A stretch of DNA of 64,000 nucleotides from Bdellovibrionales bacterium (GCA_965199825.1 OZ241329.1:2528001-2592000), one strand, 5' to 3'; counted from the first letter of the stretch, positions 1 to 10,423 are shown. Numbers and translations: made by a program. Notes: a model not told the origin generated them from the sequence alone.

Positions 1-643
1 ATGGATTTTCAGATTTTATTTTTAAGGCAATATCTGTTTGAACAAGCTCTTTGATATTGCGTTCAAATAAAGATTTTGTTCCTTCAATTTTAGCGAGCCC
101 CCAATTCGCGTTATAAAAATCGGACTCAAAATAAAGTGTGTTTTGCGAATCGAGTTCAACAAGTTTGATCAGACCTTGACTGTAAATCAGGTGAGTACTT
201 TTTTTGAGAGAGGTGCGGTAAATTTTTGCTTTTGGTTCAGAACTGATTTTGTAATACAGCTCGTGTTGAGGTCGTGATGCAAAAATCACTGGAGCACTTT
301 GGGTCCATGTGATCAGCCACTCAAATGGATTTTGTTTATCCGCCTCAACCCTTACCGTTTCGGCAAAAAGATCCTTGTAGGATTCAAAGTCTTCAAGCAC
401 ATTTTGGACTGTTTTTAATTCGGCATGAATCACAAACCTTTGAATGACGCCGACCGCGTGACGATCATCGAGGTGATCAAAACAATCTAAGACTAGACCT
501 TTACTCACCGATTGCTTGGCATCTAATTTTTTTGCGATGACTTGATAAGCTTCGTTGAGCGAGGCGCAAAAAGCGCACTCCGCCTGGACTTTGCATAGTA
601 TAAAACTAGACAAGAACCCCAAAATCAGATGACGTGAGAACAA
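1..643 (-). CDS. Partial secreted protein with possible SRPBCC/START-like domain (runs off the left edge; not in the ORF track)
   Basis: Manual translation gives an open minus frame from TTG 643 (or ATG 667) to position 1: MFSRHLILGFLSSFILCKVQAE...FVIHAELKTVQNVLEDFESYKDLFAE, resembling the SRPBCC N-terminal signature. Start uncertain. Confidence 0.55.
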   Translation of the reverse strand, partial: MFSRHLILGFLSSFILCKVQAECAFCASLNEAYQVIAKKLDAKQSVSKGLVLDCFDHLDDRHAVGVIQRFVIHAELKTVQNVLEDFESYKDLFAETVRVEADKQNPFEWLITWTQSAPVIFASRPQHELYYKISSEPKAKIYRTSLKKSTHLIYSQGLIKLVELDSQNTLYFESDFYNANWGLAKIEGTKSLFERNIKELVQTDIALKIKSENP

Positions 644-650
644 GCCCTTT

Positions 651-2240
651 ATGTCTGATTTAAACATCGTCAAACAATTGCAGTTGAGTGCCTTTAATTC
701 AAGCCATTACATGTGGGTGTTGAGCGACCTAGACTTTTATAAAACCAAAAATGGATTTTTATTTGGTTATAAGAAAGTTGGCGAAACTCTTTTCATTGCA
801 CTCGAGCCACTTCACGAAAGCGATGCGGATCTTTCTTTAGCGATTGAAGAACTCAAAATTTTTACCCAAACAAAAACGATAGCGGTCATTGGTATTTATC
901 AAAAAATGATGAGCCAATTGTTGAGCATGGGATTTTCGGGCCTTAAATTTGGCCGTGATCCATGGATCAGTTTAGAAAGCTGCGAGCCTAAGGGCAACAA
1001 GGGTAAAGGGATACGCTCGGCACGGAACCAGGCATTAAAGGATGGGGTCACCGTTTGCGAATGGAATCTAAAAGAAACTAATCAAGATCTGGCAAAAAAA
1101 AATAAACTGGAGCACGTTCTCAATGGTTGGAAGGCCCAAAGCGTTTTACAACTTGAGGGCTTCTTGCTCACCATTGATCCATTTAAAGAACTTCCCGGTC
1201 GCAAATTGTTTGTTGCTGAAAAGAACAATACAGTTGTGGCGTTTTTATTGGCAACACCTGTCGAAAACAAGGTGAGCTATTATTTTGAGGATTTGATCTA
1301 CACGCCCTCTGCACCAAATGGCACAACCGAACTCTTAACCCTTACAGCATTTCAGACTCTAAAAGATCTCGGATTTAAAGAGGTCAGCTTAGGTGTTGTT
1401 GCTATAAATAATTTAAGTTTGATCGACAATCAAAATCGGTTTTACGATTTTTGTATGGATGCTGCAAAATTTATTGCCTCATTTTTTTATAACTCGAGCG
1501 GCATCGAACTTTATCGCAAGCGTTATCAGCCTGTCCGATGGGATGATGTCTTTGTCGCGCTTCGGAGTGAAGCCTCACCTGTGACATTGACGACATGGAT
1601 GCGGATGATGGCCTCGGCATTTTTTTTATTTCGGCCAAAAATAAAATTAAGCACAGCTCAAATTTCCACTTTTTTTTCGCGTCAGATCCATCGCAACTAT
1701 GTTATTTTTAGTTTCGGGTTTGCGACGTTTACGATGTATCTACTGCATTCACATCCGGTTGAGTTCTTGATCTGTCTGATTCTCGGTTGCTATTTAATCA
1801 CTAAGTTGCAAAAAAATGTGCGCCGCTTTGAGCTCTCATTATTTGTACTTTTGATCTTTGGAATGGACTCTCTCTTATTGGGACCCGGCAACTTAAAATC
1901 GGCGCTGGAGTTTCAAGATGCTTTTCCGGTTGTCTTGTCGTGGTTGGCGCCTGCGGTATTGACCATTAGCATTTTTGGATTTTGGATACAGCAATTGCGC
2001 ACACAAAAAGTTAAATCATTTTTATTGAGTCTGATTTTGATTGCAGCAAATTGCGGTGGGATTTTTTGGCAAACACAATCGGTGTTTTTAACTTTGTCGC
2101 CGGTACTCTTTTTTGGGCTTGGTGTGAGTGGTGGCAAACTCTTTTCGATTTACGAACGACAATTAAGTCACTACTACGCCAAGGGTTCATCACCACACAT
2201 CAGCAAGGATTCTTCAGACCACAAACAGGGTGTGGCCTAA
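651..2240 (+). CDS. DUF2156/LPG-synthase-C (MprF-like aminoacyl transferase) domain protein with C-terminal membrane domain
   Basis: G.KGKGIRSARNQA, RKLFVAE..VVAFL, APNGTTELL, SLG, FFYNSSGIELYRKRYQPVRW match the MprF C-terminal transferase domain; about 200 hydrophobic residues follow. Confidence 0.75.
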   Translation: MSDLNIVKQLQLSAFNSSHYMWVLSDLDFYKTKNGFLFGYKKVGETLFIALEPLHESDADLSLAIEELKIFTQTKTIAVIGIYQKMMSQLLSMGFSGLKFGRDPWISLESCEPKGNKGKGIRSARNQALKDGVTVCEWNLKETNQDLAKKNKLEHVLNGWKAQSVLQLEGFLLTIDPFKELPGRKLFVAEKNNTVVAFLLATPVENKVSYYFEDLIYTPSAPNGTTELLTLTAFQTLKDLGFKEVSLGVVAINNLSLIDNQNRFYDFCMDAAKFIASFFYNSSGIELYRKRYQPVRWDDVFVALRSEASPVTLTTWMRMMASAFFLFRPKIKLSTAQISTFFSRQIHRNYVIFSFGFATFTMYLLHSHPVEFLICLILGCYLITKLQKNVRRFELSLFVLLIFGMDSLLLGPGNLKSALEFQDAFPVVLSWLAPAVLTISIFGFWIQQLRTQKVKSFLLSLILIAANCGGIFWQTQSVFLTLSPVLFFGLGVSGGKLFSIYERQLSHYYAKGSSPHISKDSSDHKQGVA

Positions 2241-2247
2241 AAGAAAA

Positions 2248-2415
2248 TCACATTGGAGTAACAACAGTTTTTGGATTTTGTGGCTCAACCGGCTTACCAA
2301 TAAATTCTTCGGCCATTAAATGTTCTGGCTTGTTGTCATTTTGCCAATTTTTTTGGCTTGGTTTTGATGATTCTGGTTGAAACCATTTGGCGATGCGCTC
2401 AAAAATATTTTTCAT
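2248..2415 (-). CDS. Small hypothetical protein (55 aa)
   Basis: GGGAG SD upstream of ATG 2415; MKNIFERIAKWFQPESSKPSQKNWQND...TPM*; fills the gap downstream of the LamG gene. Confidence 0.5.
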   Translation of the reverse strand: MKNIFERIAKWFQPESSKPSQKNWQNDNKPEHLMAEEFIGKPVEPQNPKTVVTPM

Positions 2416-2554
2416 TCGGAACTCCCTTTGTTTTTTTACACTTTATTAGATTGATAGCGATTATACCTAATCGTTTAATCGTAAGATAGTTTTGAGTGCG
2501 CTTTGAAATTAACCGCAACGCTTTGGTAAAATATAGTCCGCTGTTGCAGGGTCG

Positions 2555-4012
2555 CTAGTTCGATGAACAGGCCTGCTGGTCATAGAGGGCTCTGACTTGC
2601 TGGTGTGTGAGCACGACGTTAAAGATTGCGACTTCGTCTATTGTGCCTAAAAATACGGAGTTTGTATTTCCGGGCCATTCCGAAGTGCCGCCTCCAACCC
2701 GCCAGTACCCACTATAATTTTGAGCCACACCGACTGAGGTCGATTGCATCACCGGACTGCCATCAAGATAAAGAATCATACTTCCGGAGGAATAAGTGCC
2801 AACAACCTGATGCCATTTTCCATCGGAATAAGAGCCTGGGGTTGTAATCGTCGTAGTTGAACCATCATAGATTCCAAAAACAAGTTGACCACTGGACGAA
2901 AAATAAATCATGCGGTCGCGGCTGCTATTTTGAAAATTTGCTGATCCAGTTGAATCACTAAACCCGATGAGCTGGCCTCCCGAAAAAGAAGTTTTAAACC
3001 AGGCTGATAATGAAAACGCGGTGGGGTTACTGACTACAGTGGTGATCACCGCATTTGAATTAACAAGACCAAAAAACGAAACCCCATTGCCATATTTTCC
3101 GGTCGCGCCGTAAACCACCGCCTGGCCAGTTCCCGAGTTTGAGTGACCCGAAGAATCCAGAAATGGTCCCGATGATTCATCGAGATGCCAAAGACCGATC
3201 AGGTTCGCCCATTGTGGTGTGTTTGTCGAGGTCATTGCCGATCCTAAACTAAAGATGGTTGAAACATCGCTTGGTGAGAGAACCGTCGACCATATTGCGA
3301 CCTCATCTAAAATTCCGGTAAAGTAGCCATCCCCTGCACTACTGGACCAACCATTTATATTTCCGCCGCCCATTTTCCAATTTCCGTTGTAGTTTTGTGC
3401 TGCCGCTACCCCTGAGGTACGCGAAGCAACTACTGTGTTGTCGATATAAAGGATCAGACTATTGGCAGTATAGGTTCCAACAACTTGATGCCAATTGCCA
3501 TCGTTGTAAGATCCGGGGCTTGTGATCACCGCCGTTGAACCAGTGTAAATCCCAAACGAAATCTGTCCGTTGTTGAGCATGTAGATCATTCTGTCGTAGC
3601 TCGAGCCGGCCGCAAATTGGATCAGAATTCCACCGGTGATGGCAGAGGTTTTAAACCATGTTGAAATCGAAAATGTTTGGGGATCGGTAATTGTATTGGC
3701 GGTGCTGATAAAGCCGTCTGTGAGAGGTGACTGAGTAAACAGAAGTCCATTTCCAACTCTTCCTGTCGAACCTGTTGTCGCATTGGTAATGGTCGCGGCA
3801 TTGCCATTACTTGAGGTGTCGCTCAGATTTGTTGCTCCAGCCGCTTCGTTCATGGCTAAGTAACTAAACAAATTTAAATAACCTGGCGATGTGGAATTGA
3901 GATTGGTGCAGCTTCCGTATTGCGCGCTCTCGGAGCTAAAAAAATTTTCGTTAAAGCCCGCGCTGACCGACGGAAGCAAAAAGCACAAGGTACTTGTTAT
4001 TTTCCAAATCAT
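2555..4012 (-). CDS. Secreted tandem LamG/concanavalin-like lectin domain protein
   Basis: Two repeats with FSISTWFKT / DGNWHQVVGTY / LYIDN / FTGILDEVAIW. Probable start MIWKIT at 4012 overlaps the upstream stop (TGATG) and is followed by a signal peptide. Confidence 0.85.
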   Translation of the reverse strand: MIWKITSTLCFLLPSVSAGFNENFFSSESAQYGSCTNLNSTSPGYLNLFSYLAMNEAAGATNLSDTSSNGNAATITNATTGSTGRVGNGLLFTQSPLTDGFISTANTITDPQTFSISTWFKTSAITGGILIQFAAGSSYDRMIYMLNNGQISFGIYTGSTAVITSPGSYNDGNWHQVVGTYTANSLILYIDNTVVASRTSGVAAAQNYNGNWKMGGGNINGWSSSAGDGYFTGILDEVAIWSTVLSPSDVSTIFSLGSAMTSTNTPQWANLIGLWHLDESSGPFLDSSGHSNSGTGQAVVYGATGKYGNGVSFFGLVNSNAVITTVVSNPTAFSLSAWFKTSFSGGQLIGFSDSTGSANFQNSSRDRMIYFSSSGQLVFGIYDGSTTTITTPGSYSDGKWHQVVGTYSSGSMILYLDGSPVMQSTSVGVAQNYSGYWRVGGGTSEWPGNTNSVFLGTIDEVAIFNVVLTHQQVRALYDQQACSSN

Positions 4013-7000
4013 CAGTACCCCGTGGTCCAATTGATCAAGCAGTCGTAGGTTGATCCGTTGGAGATCGCAAGAATAGAGTAAACAGTCCAACTACTAGCTA
4101 CAGTTGGAGCATTGGCGGGCTTAAATCGCGAAGTGTTGCAATTGGTAAAGGTGTACGTGCGTGAGGTGCTATCCTTTACCACGATCGTGTAATTCCCGCC
4201 GTGAGCAAAATTGTTGAGAGTGATGGCACTTCCTCCCACTGATGCGAGCGTAAAGGTATTGCTGGTCGAAAGATCGAGCGTTGCGCCGGTGGCCACCGCA
4301 GTGGGTGTACTCACAATTGCGCCGGCCACTGTGAGTTTTGAAGCGGGTGATGTTGTGCCGATGCCGACGTTGCCTGAATTATCAATCCTCACACGCTCAG
4401 CGCCCATGGTATCCAGTTTTATATATCCAGCATTGTTGTTAATATCGAGGTAGGGCGCGTTTGTTTGAATTTGCGAAGCACCCGCCTGATAGATGCGCCA
4501 TTCGTTAAAGTAGGATGAACTGTAACTTCCTAAAGTGCTATAGGCTCCGCCGTTTGTTGAGGTGTTGGTCACACTCATAAGGACATTTCCGGCAACACTA
4601 TCTGACACCGATAATTTTCCGGTTGGACTTGTTGTGCCGATGCCGACGCTGCCATAAAAAATCGAATTTCCGTTTGTATTAAAATCGACAATTGGTCCGT
4701 TTATGCTTCCGGGTTTATCGGAATTAAATCGAAATCGTGTAACGCCATTCGCGTGTATGTTCGACATCCATGAAGTGGTACCAACATCCATCGACATCAC
4801 ATCGGAGGGGCCGGCAAACTGCCATTTCGTTCCCCAACTGTCATCCGTTACGAAATAGCTGCTTGTGTGCACAACGCCGTTTACGTCTAGAGGATATGCG
4901 GGAGATGTTGTTCCAATACCGACCAAACCACCCGATGGTTGCAATGTTAAATTTTGCCAAGCCAAGCCTTGATTTAAAGCTTCGATAAAGCCGAACCCAT
5001 TCGTAGTATCATACCCTAAGTTTAGGCGACTCGTTGAGCTGCTTGGTCCACGAATCACTATCTGCGACGTGGATCCGTTAACGGCATCATGCTCAACTGT
5101 TGATGCAACATCTAAAGTTTTGCTTGGAGCTGTAGTCCCAATTCCCACATTCCCGCTGCCATCAATACGCATTCGTTCTTGATAACTGGTTGCTCCCGTT
5201 TTTTGTCCGATCACAACAATGGGCGTATAACTAGATGAGCCTGCAACTGAGTATGCGGCGATGTAGGCTTGCTGGGTGTTTCCATTCGAGTTGTTGGGTG
5301 AGAATGAAATAAGGGCTTGGGTTCCGTCTGATGTGTTGGGATTCGACACATTCATTTGGACATAATCTGCCTCGGGCAAAGCCACCGAAGAACTTGAAGA
5401 ACTGTACACAGTGCCATGCCATGCTTGAGCGTTAAGTGTTCCGTTCGAAGCGATACCGCCAGATTGAATCGAAGTGGCGTTTAAAGTTCCATTTACATCT
5501 AAGTTAAAATTTGGGGTGGCTGTTCCGATCCCAACATTGCCGTTTGAAAAAAGAGTATTGCCTGTTCCCTTTGGTGCAAAACTTAAATTAATATTGGCGT
5601 CACTCCCTGCGGCCGACAGAGTTGGTGCGGTTGCCGCAAGAATTCCCCCGTTTGTTGCAGCACCTTTGATGGTGAGATAATCTACAGTGCTTGCTCCTCC
5701 ATCAATAATGGAAAGTTGGGTGCCGTTTCCAGATTTTAAATTTACCGCACCTGTTGTCGAAGAACTTAAATTTAAATTTTGAGCTGTCCCACCAGAGGAC
5801 AAAGTTACTGCACCTAAACCAGAAATGTTTGATCCTACATTTGTGATGTTGCCAGCGTTTGTGATTCCGCCTGAAGTCAAATTGAGGCCGCCACTTGATA
5901 TGGTGAGTGCTCCAGATAATGTTCCACCGCTGCTAGAAAGATAAGAATTCGATGCACCCGAAGTTAAAGTGGTCCACGAAGTTCCGTTATAATATTCAAC
6001 AACAGAATTAGTTGAGTTGAAGCGAATCATGCCGGCAGCAAGTGTAGTCGGTTGTTGCGCGGTCGTGCCCGCGGGGAGACTGACCGCATCGGTTTTGGAG
6101 CTGAGATCGAGGGACACTTGTGGAGACGAGGTTCCGATTCCAACATTGCCCAAAGGATCAATCCGCATACGCTCTAAATAAGTTGCAGCTCCCGTTTGCT
6201 GCCCAATCACTATTGTTGGAGTATAATTTGCTGCACCTGTGTTGGATACAAATCCAAGATATCCCCTTTGAGCAATACCTGCGCTGTTTTTAGCATAAGC
6301 GGAGTACGCCGCGATTGTGCCGTCGGTTGCTTGATTGTTTGCGGCGATAAAGGGATTCAAGCTCGGAACGGATCTCGAACCGTTTGGCGAATAGACTGTT
6401 CCTGTACTATCGACTCCAGTTATAACTGTGGTGCTAAATCCTGTCGAGACCGACAGAAAGCCGGCTTGAGACAGCGAAAGTCGAGATGCGCCGTTATACT
6501 GCAAATCGATCAAATTACCATTGTAACCAACGCCGGCATTTAAACCTAAAATTGTGCCATTGCTGTTTCCGGAAAATGAACCGGCTGTTCCGTTCCAACC
6601 TCCATTTCCCACTGAGAGCAAAGCGCTCGAAGCGCTCGCGATAGGTGCCCCCGCAATATTCAATAGTGACACAGGGCTTGTTGTTCCAATCCCGACGTTG
6701 CCGTTCGATAAGACAGTGAGTTGAGGCGATCCATTTGTAACTAAACTTAAATTATTTGTATCACTTGTGCCGAGGACGGCTGGTGCACCAAAGGAGTTTC
6801 CGCCGTTTTTAAAAATTCCTGCACCATTAAGAGTTGCGGCTCCGGTTCCCCCATTGGCCATCGGCAAAATTCCGGTAAGTCCTGAGGACAGACTTGGTAA
6901 ATCGGCACTGGCAAGACTTCGAAATGTGGGTGTTCCGCTAGTGCCGGTTGGACCCGCTAAAATGGTGTTGGCATTTTGCGAAGCAAAGTTTGTGGCGTCT

Positions 7001-8718
7001 ACCGAAATATTTTGGCAACTCATCACATCGCCTACCGCATTATATGTGAGAGTTTGATTTGAAGCGCAAGAGTTTGCAAATTGATTGCTCCCCGTGACCG
7101 TTGATCTCAAATCGGTCATCGCAACAAAATTGGGTGTCCAATTCGTTCCGTTAAACCGCAAAACTTGACCGTTGGTCATTGGTGCTGTGGCACTTAAGGA
7201 AATTCCATTTAATTTAACAACTGTAAAGCCGCCCGTATTGCTCATCAACACATCGCCAGAGGGTGAGATGGCGGTCGCCACATTACTTAAGTTTCCCACC
7301 CAAATTTTTGCGGCCTGGAGTGAGGAGCTCATTTTGTTATTAAAGATTGTCCAATCGCCAGCTGACAATGCTCCGTCTTGGGTGCCACTCGATAATTGAA
7401 TTGCGAGATTTGGAGCGGTTGTTGAGCCTGAATTTATCAGTGGGGAAGTTACAGCTATGGGTGATGTTACCGACGGTGTGACCCAAGATAAAATTCCCGA
7501 GGCATCGGTTGCCAAAACTTGATTGGCTGAACCCAAAGCCGAGGGCCAAGTCAAAAGATAACTGGAACTAACGGCTGTGGGAGCTTGGAATCCAATGTAA
7601 TTGGGCCCTATACCCGAATGATCGTATAAATATGTTTTATTTGATGTCACACTCCCGGTGGTTAAAATATTTCCCGAAGTCGAAATCGAGGTGCTGCCGT
7701 TGATTGCACCACTTGAAATTGCCGAACCATTTATATTGGTTAAGTTCGAAGCATCCAAAGCAGGAAGTTTTGCACCGGTTTGCACCTGTACGATTTTTCC
7801 AGCAGTGGTTCCTGTATCCACCGCGATGGATTGCCCACCGGTGGTAATGGTCCCGCCCGTAAGGCCCGCCCCTGCGGTCAAAGATGTGATTCCATTTCCG
7901 GCCGCACCTACGGTTTGCACCGAGGATCCATTATAAAATTTTAAAACATTTCCGCCGGAGTCATACCAAAATTGACCAGAGCTTAAGCCTGTTGAAGGCT
8001 GCCCCGCAATTTGTGGAACACCGGCTGCGCCATTACTTCCTGCTTGAACATAATTTGCAGGTGGAACCGCCAAAAGTGAAGTGAGTCGTGGATAGTTGGA
8101 ATTTGAAAAAACATTTTCTAGATTGGACTGCGACAAATTTGCGGGCGAATTGGTATTGACCTGCAGTAATTGCGAGGCGGTTAGACCTTGCACACTTTCG
8201 GCCCGCTCGGCAACGACAGCCATCGGAACAGAGTCCAATGTCATATAAGGACTGATCGCTCGAGTGATTCTATCGGAGGACGGGGTAAACTGAAATTTGA
8301 GATACCTTTGATCACCAGGCATCGGCACATAGTTACAACTTGATCCATTCGCAAGCGACCGCCCCGAAATATTTCCTGCGGTGTTCGAATAAATGTGAGC
8401 CATCATTAAAGCGGGATCACCCGAAGTTCTTTTAGAGGAACCCAATGGGGATCCCACTTGTTCCGAAAAATACCCGCTCGTAGTGATTGTGTTTACATTC
8501 TGACTTTCATCATAAAGGATGCAAGTTTGGGTGGGATCAAGAATTTGAATATGAATGGTCACACGGGGATCAATCACCGGAACGGTTCCTCCGGGATCAC
8601 TATAAAGCCTGCCGTCGAGGGTGAAAGATTGCGGTGTTTCACCCGCACCAAAACTGAAAACCGGAATCAATAAAAACAATACGCTAAGTAAATTGCACGT
8701 AGAAAACATTGAACACAT
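4012..8718 (-). CDS. Large Bdellovibrio-type fibre/adhesin (tail-fibre-like, MAT-like) protein
   Basis: Signal peptide, N-terminal PQSFTLDGRL domain, Gly/Ser/Thr/Asn-rich body, seven G(N/L/S)VGIGT repeats, GMIRFNST..VEYYNGTSW module. Confidence 0.8.
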   Translation of the reverse strand: MCSMFSTCNLLSVLFLLIPVFSFGAGETPQSFTLDGRLYSDPGGTVPVIDPRVTIHIQILDPTQTCILYDESQNVNTITTSGYFSEQVGSPLGSSKRTSGDPALMMAHIYSNTAGNISGRSLANGSSCNYVPMPGDQRYLKFQFTPSSDRITRAISPYMTLDSVPMAVVAERAESVQGLTASQLLQVNTNSPANLSQSNLENVFSNSNYPRLTSLLAVPPANYVQAGSNGAAGVPQIAGQPSTGLSSGQFWYDSGGNVLKFYNGSSVQTVGAAGNGITSLTAGAGLTGGTITTGGQSIAVDTGTTAGKIVQVQTGAKLPALDASNLTNINGSAISSGAINGSTSISTSGNILTTGSVTSNKTYLYDHSGIGPNYIGFQAPTAVSSSYLLTWPSALGSANQVLATDASGILSWVTPSVTSPIAVTSPLINSGSTTAPNLAIQLSSGTQDGALSAGDWTIFNNKMSSSLQAAKIWVGNLSNVATAISPSGDVLMSNTGGFTVVKLNGISLSATAPMTNGQVLRFNGTNWTPNFVAMTDLRSTVTGSNQFANSCASNQTLTYNAVGDVMSCQNISVDATNFASQNANTILAGPTGTSGTPTFRSLASADLPSLSSGLTGILPMANGGTGAATLNGAGIFKNGGNSFGAPAVLGTSDTNNLSLVTNGSPQLTVLSNGNVGIGTTSPVSLLNIAGAPIASASSALLSVGNGGWNGTAGSFSGNSNGTILGLNAGVGYNGNLIDLQYNGASRLSLSQAGFLSVSTGFSTTVITGVDSTGTVYSPNGSRSVPSLNPFIAANNQATDGTIAAYSAYAKNSAGIAQRGYLGFVSNTGAANYTPTIVIGQQTGAATYLERMRIDPLGNVGIGTSSPQVSLDLSSKTDAVSLPAGTTAQQPTTLAAGMIRFNSTNSVVEYYNGTSWTTLTSGASNSYLSSSGGTLSGALTISSGGLNLTSGGITNAGNITNVGSNISGLGAVTLSSGGTAQNLNLSSSTTGAVNLKSGNGTQLSIIDGGASTVDYLTIKGAATNGGILAATAPTLSAAGSDANINLSFAPKGTGNTLFSNGNVGIGTATPNFNLDVNGTLNATSIQSGGIASNGTLNAQAWHGTVYSSSSSSVALPEADYVQMNVSNPNTSDGTQALISFSPNNSNGNTQQAYIAAYSVAGSSSYTPIVVIGQKTGATSYQERMRIDGSGNVGIGTTAPSKTLDVASTVEHDAVNGSTSQIVIRGPSSSTSRLNLGYDTTNGFGFIEALNQGLAWQNLTLQPSGGLVGIGTTSPAYPLDVNGVVHTSSYFVTDDSWGTKWQFAGPSDVMSMDVGTTSWMSNIHANGVTRFRFNSDKPGSINGPIVDFNTNGNSIFYGSVGIGTTSPTGKLSVSDSVAGNVLMSVTNTSTNGGAYSTLGSYSSSYFNEWRIYQAGASQIQTNAPYLDINNNAGYIKLDTMGAERVRIDNSGNVGIGTTSPASKLTVAGAIVSTPTAVATGATLDLSTSNTFTLASVGGSAITLNNFAHGGNYTIVVKDSTSRTYTFTNCNTSRFKPANAPTVASSWTVYSILAISNGSTYDCLINWTTGY

Positions 8719-8890
8719 ACTCCGTCATTTCGCCTGAGTCCTGATTGACGCTGCGCCTAGCCTAGATGTTGGTCGATTAAGAAAATGTGGACAAGCAGTT
8801 ATTTTGCAAGACCTTGGGCTAGTAACTAAACATAAATAATTTGATTAGGTTTTTTGGATCAACTTAAAGGCTCGAAATCGTTGGGACACT

Positions 8891-8918
8891 TCATAATGCG
8901 TCATTCGAAACCGATAAG
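8891..8918 (+). promoter_or_regulatory. Possible sigma28/FliA-like promoter
   Basis: TCATA-N14-ACCGATAAG upstream of the 8933 ORF; the -10 resembles GCCGATAA, the -35 is weak. Confidence 0.3.
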
Positions 8919-8932
8919 TTGTGTAAAGAGGT

Positions 8933-10108
8933 TTGGACTTTAAAACCAACTTTAGGGAACTGATGCGATTGTTAAAAAATATAAATCGATTCGAAAGACG
9001 ATTGTTGATCGGCTGTGCAATTTGCATCTTGCTGATCTATTTTTTTTATTTTGGATCACCACCAAAAAAAGAATTGCCTCCACCTGCGCCACGATTAGTA
9101 CAACAGGAAGAAAACAAAAATAGTTTGATCGATCAGCCGCCTATTTTTGCTACATCCAGCGAGAGCTTAACTTTAATCAACAACAAAGCGACTTTACAAA
9201 TTCAACTCCAGACCGAAGCTTTGGTTTCTGGTTTTGAAATTGAATCCTCGAGAACTCCAGATTTTTCTGCAAGCCGCGTGTATTTGTCATCCTCAGCTCG
9301 GATTTCGAGGGATTTTTCATTTCCTGCGCGTTACTTTTACCGCTTTCGCTCGATCAATGGCGATCAGGAGCGCTCGCTCTGGTCAAAAACCTTGGTTGTA
9401 AAAATTGTTGAGCCTACGGTATTTCACCAAGAGGCAACTTTAAGGGATCCTGCTTCGGTTGAGACATTAAAAGAACTCGAAATTGAGAATTCAGTTCTCA
9501 GCGATCAGTATCGACAATCCAGACTCTCGATTGAGACTTTTTTATTAAATCAATATTCGACCCAGCAGTATTTTCAAGATCTGACCGCACCCAAATCATT
9601 GGGTGTTGGATTGAGCGGATTAAAATGGTTTGAAAAAAGCGGAATCGAGGCAAGCATCAAAACTCAAGGCTTGGGATTAAACTCATCGAGCCATCAAACT
9701 TCTTTTAAAGATCTTGAAGCTCGATACCACTATCGCTACTTCACCAATTTTGGATTTGCTCGAGAAATGCAAATTTCAATTTTTGGTGGATATGAAATCG
9801 TACGCAACAATGGAGCTTATTTCGCAAACGCCTACGATCTTTTAAAAATCGGAACGACTGTGGAATTTCCTTTGGGTGACAACTTTGCAATGGGCGGCAC
9901 TCTTGGTTACGGTCGAAGTTTAAGAGGCAGTTACAAACAAGAGATCTCCTGGCATCTCGATTACTTTTTAAATATGAGATGGTCCGTGGGAGTTGGCTAT
10001 CGCCTCTTTTTATTTCAAGCCGGCTCAACAAATGAAAGCGCTGGCAATCAAATCCCCTCTCGTGAATCTTCCACCGAAGCCTATTCGGTCTTAAATTATC
10101 ACTTTTAA
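8933..10108 (+). CDS. Membrane-anchored protein with Fn3-like domain and C-terminal beta-barrel-like region
   Basis: N-terminal TM; FEIESSRTPDFS...YFYRFRS..SLWS (Fn3-like); amphipathic strands ending in YHF. Confidence 0.6.
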   Translation: MDFKTNFRELMRLLKNINRFERRLLIGCAICILLIYFFYFGSPPKKELPPPAPRLVQQEENKNSLIDQPPIFATSSESLTLINNKATLQIQLQTEALVSGFEIESSRTPDFSASRVYLSSSARISRDFSFPARYFYRFRSINGDQERSLWSKTLVVKIVEPTVFHQEATLRDPASVETLKELEIENSVLSDQYRQSRLSIETFLLNQYSTQQYFQDLTAPKSLGVGLSGLKWFEKSGIEASIKTQGLGLNSSSHQTSFKDLEARYHYRYFTNFGFAREMQISIFGGYEIVRNNGAYFANAYDLLKIGTTVEFPLGDNFAMGGTLGYGRSLRGSYKQEISWHLDYFLNMRWSVGVGYRLFLFQAGSTNESAGNQIPSRESSTEAYSVLNYHF

Positions 10109-10144
10109 ATTGCACTCGATATTTTTAGTCATAAAATAAAACTC

Positions 10145-10423
10145 ATGAAGTATTATGTTTTGTTATTGAGTTTTATGATTGTGGCTTGTGATCAAACCGC
10201 CCAAAATTTTGTTTCTTCTGTCGAGGATCCCAACCGCAGCTCTTCGAGTACCTCAATATTTGGCAACGGTCCAATGGCAGCAAAAATCTCTGCGGGTCAT
10301 CTTCTAGGATTTACCACCAATGGTGCGGTCAACATTCATGTGAGCCCTACCGATCATTTCTATTCGGCAACTAATGGCAGTGCCCGACTGACAATGAGTC
10401 GCACTCGAGTTTCTTCGCACTAA
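10145..10423 (+). CDS. Small lipoprotein
   Basis: Lipobox IVAC after a hydrophobic leader; promoter TTGCAC-N16-TAAAAT ends 7 nt before the ATG. Confidence 0.65.
   Translation: MKYYVLLLSFMIVACDQTAQNFVSSVEDPNRSSSSTSIFGNGPMAAKISAGHLLGFTTNGAVNIHVSPTDHFYSATNGSARLTMSRTRVSSH

Noticed and set aside
6062..6072. Isolated GTCGTGCCCGC in the fibre gene as a target site
   Set aside because: Single copy encoding a typical P.GTT fibre peptide; no supporting context, though worth including in a genome-wide scan.
4012..8718. Diversity-generating retroelement acting on the fibre/LamG genes
   Set aside because: No reverse transcriptase and no near-identical TR/VR pair; the internal repeats are diverged at protein level.
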